A DNA stretch of 64,000 bases from a plasmid, in the sequence record NZ_CP033968.1. One strand, given 5' to 3'. The translations under genes were made by a program, and so were the position numbers. Shown one piece after another: positions 57,224-64,000 of this stretch. Positions within the stretch are counted from its first letter, which is position 1; each line of letters opens with the position of its first letter. The notes beneath the pieces were generated by a model. The model did not search any database, was not told where the DNA came from, and saw nothing but the letters and a program-made list of their open reading frames with translations.

Positions 57224-57520
57224 ATGGTCAATATCCTGGTTGCCGCTCTGGCAGCCTTTGGCGTTTCGGGCTGCATCGAACTTCCTGATTTCGGGGCGGA
57301 ATCCGCCGCACGCGAGGTGGCACAGGCCTATATCAGCGAGGTGACCGGCACCGACCCGGTCGCAATCAAGCAAAGTGTCCGGATCGCCGGTAGCAAGGCC
57401 TACGTTAGCGCCGAGCACGGCAACGGATTCAAAAGATGCGAGTTGGTTCTCAGACGGACCATCCAAGACAACATGACGGGCTGGCGGGTCGAGCATGCGA
57501 CTTGCGGCTACGCAACCTGA
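57224..57520 (+). CDS. small putative lipoprotein (lipobox VSGC)
   Basis: MVNILVAALAAFGVSGC...; SD GGAGGGTGCTCAAGC ATG. Confidence 0.4.
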   Translation: MVNILVAALAAFGVSGCIELPDFGAESAAREVAQAYISEVTGTDPVAIKQSVRIAGSKAYVSAEHGNGFKRCELVLRRTIQDNMTGWRVEHATCGYAT

Positions 57521-57831
57521 AATGCCAAAGAGAGAAATAGACATTCAAGACGTGCTCAGGGAGCAATTTGAGTCCGGCGAAGCGGTCCTGGTACTGCAGG
57601 CGGAAATGCCTGATGCGGCCCTCTTGTTGGCGATCAGAACAGCCCTTTCGTATGGCGCCGCATTCAAGGTGGTGCCGGGGCAGCAGCTGCGACAGTTGAA
57701 CTGAGCGCCGGTGATCGCCGGGGCTCGCATACCAGGAGAGCAGTGAGAATAATGGAAATGGCACAACGCGAAGCGGCACCTCACCGTCCGATTAGTTTCG
57801 AGCTCGCTCAGCAACCCATGAAGCCGGCATC

Positions 57832-58140
57832 GTGATGACCGAGATCGAAAAGCGTGCGTGCGAGGCCTTGCACCAGGCATTCTGCCGGCTCCGCCACTTC
57901 TCCACGCGGGACCTGAACGAGTTGGGCCGAGAGCACTTGTTCATGGTCGCCGACGCGGCGCACAACATTCCGGATGCGTTGGCGGGGAACGCGTGCCATC
58001 GAGCGAATCTGGAGCGAGACGTTTTGGAGCTCGAGGCCCTGCTTGTGGAACCATACGAGATCGCTATCGACAGATACCTTGGTCGAGAGGAAACACGGGT
58101 GTCGTTCTTCGAGAGCCTTCGGTCCGCCATTGGATTCTGA
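57832..58140 (+). CDS. hypothetical protein
   Basis: 102 aa. Confidence 0.4.
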   Translation: MMTEIEKRACEALHQAFCRLRHFSTRDLNELGREHLFMVADAAHNIPDALAGNACHRANLERDVLELEALLVEPYEIAIDRYLGREETRVSFFESLRSAIGF

Positions 58141-58198
58141 CTAGCCGCACAGTCCCGATAAACTACCTAAGTCCGCTAACTGATTCCCCTTTCAACGT

Positions 58199-59020
58199 AT
58201 GCATACGTGTAATGTAGCGAATAGTGGTCAACAAGCGGCGCCGGTGCAGGGTCCAGTGGATTTGGATGCGACCAGGCGCGATGCCGCCAATCTTCCGCCC
58301 GAATGGCAAAGCGGGGTGATTGCCCTGGCGGAAGAACTGGCTGGGGCACGAGCCTTGATCGAGAACTCGAGCAAGGATGCGGTTGACGCTGCCGCGTATC
58401 GTCGAATCAATACCCCGGAAGTGGCGCACTTCGTGCACGCTTCGTACAACGAGGCGATGCACCAGCGATTGCGCTGGGGGCCTGCGCACGACATGGCCAA
58501 GTCCAATGAGGACTGGTATGCGCTCCTGGGTTACCTCGCCGGCAAGGCGCAACAGCCTGACATCCCGCTCGATAAGCGCCTCCACCATGTCATCGCGACG
58601 TCCGCGGCCTGCTTTAACTGGCACGGGGTCCTGACGGGCAGTTGGTCGGACCGTGAAGCCGCCGATGCCCTCGAGCGAGCGCGGACCCAACCCCGAGGCC
58701 CCATCCAACACTCCCTGAAATGTGACAGTGAAGTCTTCAACGCCGTTGCGGACGGGCGGAAGACGCATGAGATCCGGTTCGACGACCGTGATTACAGGCT
58801 AGGTGACGTACTGCTCCTCAAGGAGACTGTCTACTCCGCTGCGGAAATGCAGACCGGAGCACCGGTGCTCTTCACAGGGCAGGAGATCTGGCGAGTCGTC
58901 TCGCACGTGCTGACGGGATACGGCCTTTTCCCGGGTTGGGTTTGCCTCTCCCTTGAGTCCCCGAACACAAAGCGGGCCGCGCTGGGCCCGGACACCGCAG
59001 CGAATTCACCGGAGGCTTGA
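58199..59020 (+). CDS. Two-domain protein with C-terminal ASCH-like DUF3850 domain; N-terminal ~180-aa helical domain of unknown function
   Basis: HSLKCDSEVFNAVADGRKTHEIRFDDRDYRLGDVLLLKE matches the DUF3850 pattern (H.LK..P.yF.A...G.KtfE.R.NDR....GD.L.L.E). Confidence 0.5.
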   Translation: MHTCNVANSGQQAAPVQGPVDLDATRRDAANLPPEWQSGVIALAEELAGARALIENSSKDAVDAAAYRRINTPEVAHFVHASYNEAMHQRLRWGPAHDMAKSNEDWYALLGYLAGKAQQPDIPLDKRLHHVIATSAACFNWHGVLTGSWSDREAADALERARTQPRGPIQHSLKCDSEVFNAVADGRKTHEIRFDDRDYRLGDVLLLKETVYSAAEMQTGAPVLFTGQEIWRVVSHVLTGYGLFPGWVCLSLESPNTKRAALGPDTAANSPEA

Positions 59021-59022
59021 AG

Positions 59023-59694
59023 ATGACCACCATTCAGGAAGATGTCCCACAGAAACTTCTCGCGTTCGAGGTCCACGACGGTGACGATGGCTGGGCGATT
59101 CGCTTTGCGAGCACCAATGTCGTTGCTCGGCGGGAAGGCGCCGCAGAAATGGGTACGGACTTCGAGTCGGTCGAGCACTGCAAGCGCTCACCGAAGTTCG
59201 ACCAGTACGCTCCGGGCCCGGTGCCGGCTTCTGCCCTGATCGAGAACGGCTGGACCATCCAATGCAGCCACTGCGAGCGCGAGGTGGGCCAGCACATGTT
59301 CGACGCACTGGCAGACGAGGACCTCGATCCCGACGACTTCGAGATTGTCACGGAGGGGCAACGAGCCTTCTGCTCGCGAACGTGTCAGGCGGAGCACCGC
59401 GCGTGGTTCCGCGGCCGTGCCGCCGCAGAATCAGCACTGATCGAGCTCGTACTAGCGAAGTACCCGCAGGCGACGATCAAGCGGGTCCATATCTGCGGTT
59501 CCACGCTGGAACCCACCGAGCCTGGCGGTGGAATGCGATGTCTTGCGGAGTTTCTCTTCCCCGGCGCGAAGTACGGCGGCGCAACCTTCGTGTTTGGCGA
59601 CAAGAGCGTCTATGTCGCTCGCGGTGATGTCGACGCTTTCAATGCCCTCTATGGCAAATCCACGAAGACACAGGGCGAGGAGGTATCAGCATGA
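59023..59694 (+). CDS. hypothetical Cys-containing protein (possible zinc ribbon: CSHCE...CSRTC)
   Basis: SD GGAGGCTTGAAG ATG; stop overlaps next start. Confidence 0.5.
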   Translation: MTTIQEDVPQKLLAFEVHDGDDGWAIRFASTNVVARREGAAEMGTDFESVEHCKRSPKFDQYAPGPVPASALIENGWTIQCSHCEREVGQHMFDALADEDLDPDDFEIVTEGQRAFCSRTCQAEHRAWFRGRAAAESALIELVLAKYPQATIKRVHICGSTLEPTEPGGGMRCLAEFLFPGAKYGGATFVFGDKSVYVARGDVDAFNALYGKSTKTQGEEVSA

Positions 59695-61106
59695 CCCGAG
59701 CACCAGTAGTCGTCGGCTCGTCCGCCGCGATAGCGGCCATTGCGTACGCCGTCAAAGCCGACGAAGGCCTTACGTTCTTGCGCTGCTGGCAGCACGGCGA
59801 CTTCGACGAAATTCGGGCCGATTGGCCTGATGCCCCTGAAGCGGTGTTCATCGGCGCCGAGGCGTTCTCGCCGGCGACTGCTGGCCGGAGCGATTTGGCC
59901 CAGGAGCGATCGGCGTTTGCGGAGCAAGTCATCGCGATTCTGGAGGGTAGCGCATCTGCCTGGGACGAAATGCTGGCCGGCGAACCTGACGAGGTTGTCC
60001 GGGATCGGATGCGTGCGCGATCGAATGAGAACCGGGGGAACATCGAGCGCATCCGGATGCTGCTGTCGGAGCCGGGTACTCCGGCGCCGCATAGCAATTG
60101 TCCGATACCGGTAGATGCCACGGAAGCCAAAGAGCGCGAGCAGGTGGGATGCGCGCACTACGGGACGGGGGTGTATGCCGCGGGGCTGGCCCGTGCGGCG
60201 GACATCGCGGAAAGCACCTGCTCTCAAAGCCGCAACCATCTTTTCCGAAGCGCCGCAAAGATCATCGCCGGGAAGATCCGTGCAGAGTCGCCAGAGCCGG
60301 CGCCACGCGCAGGGGACGCCATGCTGCAGGCCTTCAATGCATCGGGCCTCAAGCCGTCGGCGGGGAATCGCAGGGCCTTCCGTGCCGGGTTTGTCGCCGC
60401 CGCTCCACCACCAGTCGTTTGGGATGGGCAACCGGCCGAGACTATTCTCTACTGGGCAGAGGCGTACTCCGGAAACGGGTTTGGTGGCGGGCACGGCATG
60501 GTCGTCAAGCTCCTGAACGAGTATGCGGATCTATGCGAGCTTGTTGCCGCGTTCGGTGCCTCGATTCGCCTTGCGCCATTCCAATGGCGTGTTCAGCCCT
60601 GGATGCTCGAGTGCTTCGGCGCGAAGATCGCCGCGGATCGCGCAGAGCGCAACCATCGCTTCTATGAAGAGGCAACCGAGCTCGTACAAGCCAACGGCAT
60701 GACATGCAGCGAAGCCCATCAGCTGGTCGACTACACGTTCGGCCGCCCGCCCGGTGAACTGAAACAGGAGATCGGGGGTGTGATGGTGACTCTCGCTGCT
60801 CTGTGCCTCGCAAGCGGCGCGGACATGCACCTGGCAGGCGAAACTGAACTGGCCAGGATCTGGACCATCGTCGAGAAGATTCGCGCGAAGCAGGCTGCAA
60901 AGCCGAAGCACTCGCCGCTTCCAGAGTACGTCCCAGCCGCGGTCTCGATGGATCGCTCCCTAAGCGATCGCATTTCACAGATCGCAATGGAAGCCGACGC
61001 AGCAGCGAACCTCGGTGGCAACCACCACCTAGCAACCACGCTAGGTGATATCAGTGAGCGGCTTCTGATGCTTGTCCATGCGTTGGAAGTACCAGCCAAA
61101 CAGTAA
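59691..61106 (+). CDS. Protein with C-terminal MazG-like all-alpha NTP-pyrophosphohydrolase domain and N-terminal domain of unknown function
   Basis: ERNHRFYEEATELVQA ... EAHQLVDYTFGRPPGELKQEIGGVMVTLAALC resembles the MazG/NTP-PPase EExxE helix pair. Confidence 0.45.
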   Translation: MTRAPVVVGSSAAIAAIAYAVKADEGLTFLRCWQHGDFDEIRADWPDAPEAVFIGAEAFSPATAGRSDLAQERSAFAEQVIAILEGSASAWDEMLAGEPDEVVRDRMRARSNENRGNIERIRMLLSEPGTPAPHSNCPIPVDATEAKEREQVGCAHYGTGVYAAGLARAADIAESTCSQSRNHLFRSAAKIIAGKIRAESPEPAPRAGDAMLQAFNASGLKPSAGNRRAFRAGFVAAAPPPVVWDGQPAETILYWAEAYSGNGFGGGHGMVVKLLNEYADLCELVAAFGASIRLAPFQWRVQPWMLECFGAKIAADRAERNHRFYEEATELVQANGMTCSEAHQLVDYTFGRPPGELKQEIGGVMVTLAALCLASGADMHLAGETELARIWTIVEKIRAKQAAKPKHSPLPEYVPAAVSMDRSLSDRISQIAMEADAAANLGGNHHLATTLGDISERLLMLVHALEVPAKQ

Positions 61107-61175
61107 GCAGCTCCGGGTCAGCATCAACGTGAAGGCGGATCTGGCCCCCACCCACTGCAGGAACCACAGATTGAC

Positions 61176-63929
61176 ATGACTGAGACCAGAGACACGCAGG
61201 AGGCGCAGCGAGCTATCGATGCCCGCATCGAACGGATGCGGGCCGATTTCGTGCGGCACTATAAGGCAAAAGGCTGGCCGAACTCCTACTTCGTCCCGCA
61301 CAGCGGTGGGTCGATCGATTTCGGCCGGGCGGAAACGCAGGCCAAATGGGAGGGCTGGCGGGATCACGAGATCTTCGAGTGCTCGGCCTCGCCACATCCT
61401 GGCAAGCGCGTGCTGGCGACGTTGACTGAGCTAGTGGGCGCGTTGGACAAAGCCAATATCACCGTCTCCCAGGAAGTTCGCACAGTGATAGCGGAAGCCA
61501 GCGCTGCCGCGGCACCTGGCTGGGTGCTGAGCGAAGAAGAGGTCAAAGCGATTGGGCTTTCGCACGGGCTGATCGTGCGTGAGGAAGGGCGCTTATTCGT
61601 TGCGGCGTTGGACTTTCCCGGAATGATGGAGGCTATCCGTTCCCTGGTTGCTACGCGGATCTGTGAATCGGATGGGCAAGCAACTTACGAGACCAGGAAG
61701 GCGGCAATCGTTCGTGCGCTCCTCACGGAACAGTTGCTTACCCTCCAACAGCACTTGGCTCACATTCCGCACAAGGATGACGGCATCAGGCGCATCAGTC
61801 AGAAGGCGGTTCAGGAGATGATCGAGACAGAGATCGAACATGTTGCGCAGCTCCCTGACTTCAAGCTGATCCCGTATCACGAGAACGCGCCCGTCGCGCC
61901 AGCGCCGACTGAGGCCGAGATTGCGCAGGCATGGGCAACATACAGCCAGCAGCAACGGATCGGCAAGCCGACGGTCGCCGCATTCGTGCTGGACATGCTG
62001 AGGAAGTACCCCGCGCCAGTGCAGACCGAATGCCAGTGCCGCCGTTTGGGTGGATGGGATGGCGAGCATCATCCGTTGTGCGATGCCGCCCCGGCACCCG
62101 TCGCACCGGCGAGCGATCCTGCGGCGAATAGCCAGTGTACGCATGGGTATGGCTATTTGTGCGGCAGATGCACTTCTGGCGCCGCCACGGCACCCGCTGC
62201 GAAGGCGGATGGCGAGACGATCTACAAGAAGGTCGTTGAGGCTATCAGGCTTGCGGACAACGTGGGCCGGTCACGTGGATCGAACAATTACGCACTGAAC
62301 CGTCGCGCAGTCGAAAAGCTCGTTGACCTGAAAATGGAGATTGCCGCCATGCTGCAGGCCCACCGGCACCAGAGCGGCGAGGCGGGGGAACACGCTGGCG
62401 ACACCTATCTATGCAAAGCGTGGGGCGAAACCGATCTACCTGCGGCGGCTATCGTCGTCGGCATGGCTGGCGTGCGCGCTTTCCTGATCTCGGAATGGAT
62501 CGGGTCTACGGACGCCGCTCAGGACGACGGCACGAATTCGCTGGAGGACGCCCTGCAAGACATGCAAGAGCAATGGGCGCGGGAAGGTGAAGCGTGGGAA
62601 TGGGCGCTGAGGTTCGAGATTGGCGGCGTTAGCGTGCAGAAGGTCGGATGCGCAGCCCCGGCACCCACTGCGCTGGCGGATCTCAGGGCGGTGTTGGTTG
62701 GCGCCATTGTCGAGCATACAGATTCGTCGGAAAGCTGGGCGGAAGGCATTGTTCAGCAGGCGATGCTGGCCGGGCCTTTCGGAGCGCCCGCGGCACGTTT
62801 GCCGAGCGGCGCGCCTACGGCGCAGGCGGGAGAACTCGGGCTCAAACGCACCTTCAAACGGTACGACGCGGACGGGAAGGAAGATCCGCACGGGGTGTTT
62901 GTGTACTTTCTCGACATGCTCGAAGCAGTCAGCATCGCAACGGCACTTCCCGGAGAACCAGATGTCGCGCTCCTGGCCAGCATGGCAACTTGTCTGAACC
63001 ACGGCTTTGGAATACTCCCAGCAGAAGCGCAGCGCAATATGCTTTATGACATGCGCAAGCTCTACAACGAGGTGGCGGGCCAAGGCTACTATCGCCCTGA
63101 AAGCCGGCAGACTTATACCCGTTGGCTATCCATGGAGATCGACGGCGGAGAGCGCGCGTCGGGCGGAATGGCGGACCTATTCGCATCGCAAGCCATTGCG
63201 CCGGAGCCGATCTACCAACTGCGTAGGGCAGACGGCTCATGGATTGACCAGGCCGAGCAGAGCTACCGAAACAACATTCAGTACGCAGCCAACATAGTGC
63301 GAATTGTCTATGAGGCCCCCGCAAGCGTCCAGCGCGTGGGTGGCCTCGCTAGTCATCCAGTCGTAGTCAAGCTGATCGAAGTTGCCCGATGTGCGTACCT
63401 CGCAATGGACGACTCGGAAGAGCAAGTGGTCGCACAACGGCGTTGTCACGTTGTGGATGCCGGGTCTTTCGATTCTCTGTCCAATGCGCTTGATGCTCTT
63501 GACGAACTGCCAGACGACCAACCCGGCCACGCCATGGGCCCCGCTCAAAAAGCAGAGTGGGCGCTGCGCGGGTCGGCGACAGGTGTTCATCAACCCAGCG
63601 CTGCGCCGCCGCCGGCGCCCGATCTGGAGGCGCCTGCTTCAGGCGCTGCGCCAGTTGAGCTCAAGGTGACGCCGGCCATGCGCGGCTGGCTTGAGCACAT
63701 CGGGCGTGGAGGCGAGATCCGGCGCTCTGCCCAGTTTTTCACGGGCCCATACTCGACTCCTGGTCGCGGCGGCTTGACCTATGTGATGGTCGGAAAGCTC
63801 GAGGATGCGGGTCTGATCGAATGGGAGCAGGACGAGCCATTGGGGACTATTCAGCACGTTCGTGCTCGCCTGACCGATGCGGGTCGCGCCGCCATTGAAA
63901 CGAAGAATGCGCGGGGTCGAAATGGCTGA
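61176..63929 (+). CDS. large hypothetical protein (917 aa) with internal Cys clusters
   Basis: Uninterrupted 917-aa ORF; CQCRRLGGWDGEHHPLCD and CTHGYGYLCGRC motifs; no family recognised. Confidence 0.55.
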   Translation: MTETRDTQEAQRAIDARIERMRADFVRHYKAKGWPNSYFVPHSGGSIDFGRAETQAKWEGWRDHEIFECSASPHPGKRVLATLTELVGALDKANITVSQEVRTVIAEASAAAAPGWVLSEEEVKAIGLSHGLIVREEGRLFVAALDFPGMMEAIRSLVATRICESDGQATYETRKAAIVRALLTEQLLTLQQHLAHIPHKDDGIRRISQKAVQEMIETEIEHVAQLPDFKLIPYHENAPVAPAPTEAEIAQAWATYSQQQRIGKPTVAAFVLDMLRKYPAPVQTECQCRRLGGWDGEHHPLCDAAPAPVAPASDPAANSQCTHGYGYLCGRCTSGAATAPAAKADGETIYKKVVEAIRLADNVGRSRGSNNYALNRRAVEKLVDLKMEIAAMLQAHRHQSGEAGEHAGDTYLCKAWGETDLPAAAIVVGMAGVRAFLISEWIGSTDAAQDDGTNSLEDALQDMQEQWAREGEAWEWALRFEIGGVSVQKVGCAAPAPTALADLRAVLVGAIVEHTDSSESWAEGIVQQAMLAGPFGAPAARLPSGAPTAQAGELGLKRTFKRYDADGKEDPHGVFVYFLDMLEAVSIATALPGEPDVALLASMATCLNHGFGILPAEAQRNMLYDMRKLYNEVAGQGYYRPESRQTYTRWLSMEIDGGERASGGMADLFASQAIAPEPIYQLRRADGSWIDQAEQSYRNNIQYAANIVRIVYEAPASVQRVGGLASHPVVVKLIEVARCAYLAMDDSEEQVVAQRRCHVVDAGSFDSLSNALDALDELPDDQPGHAMGPAQKAEWALRGSATGVHQPSAAPPPAPDLEAPASGAAPVELKVTPAMRGWLEHIGRGGEIRRSAQFFTGPYSTPGRGGLTYVMVGKLEDAGLIEWEQDEPLGTIQHVRARLTDAGRAAIETKNARGRNG

Positions 63930-64000
63930 CAACAGAGCCGGACATGCCGTTGCAATAGGGGACTCGAACGAGAAGACGCTTCGGGAGTTGCTGCAGCTAC

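Noticed and set aside
1-64000. tRNA, rRNA, tmRNA, integrase/att sites, conjugation genes
   Set aside because: No cloverleaf-compatible segments, no rRNA-like conserved stretches, no tyrosine/serine recombinase or relaxase/T4SS signatures were seen in this window.

Overview
High-GC (~63%) proteobacterial DNA, Burkholderia/Ralstonia-like by composition. The window holds the 3' part of an IS66-family element inserted into an SRAP/YedK-type gene. The rest is the backbone of a plasmid or phage-plasmid. The replicon module is: type Ia parA, parB, an array of ~9 TTTCAC(C/G)GTGAAA palindromes (parS-like), a repA-type initiator, and an iteron/DnaA-box oriV field, followed by a DUF736 gene. Next come two sensor GGDEF-EAL genes (one degenerate, one canonical), then ~50 kb of mostly small hypothetical genes. 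Scattered among these are phage-like DNA-processing enzymes: FEN-type 5'-3' exonuclease, YqaJ exonuclease, orphan N6-adenine methyltransferase, PAPS-reductase/PP-loop protein, VRR-NUC, secreted DRGH endonuclease, ParM-like actin, UvrD-like helicase, MazG-like and ASCH/DUF3850 domains, and a sigma-70-like factor. No rRNA, tRNA or CRISPR array was recognised. The most notable cis features are: a TAACACGTATG-type motif in at least 10 intergenic regions; a 1.45 kb strongly A-depleted GT-skewed repeat-rich non-coding block; a duplicated terminator-promoter-RBS cassette in a minus-strand array of small genes; and many intrinsic terminators. Motif coordinates were read by hand and may be off by 1-2 nt.
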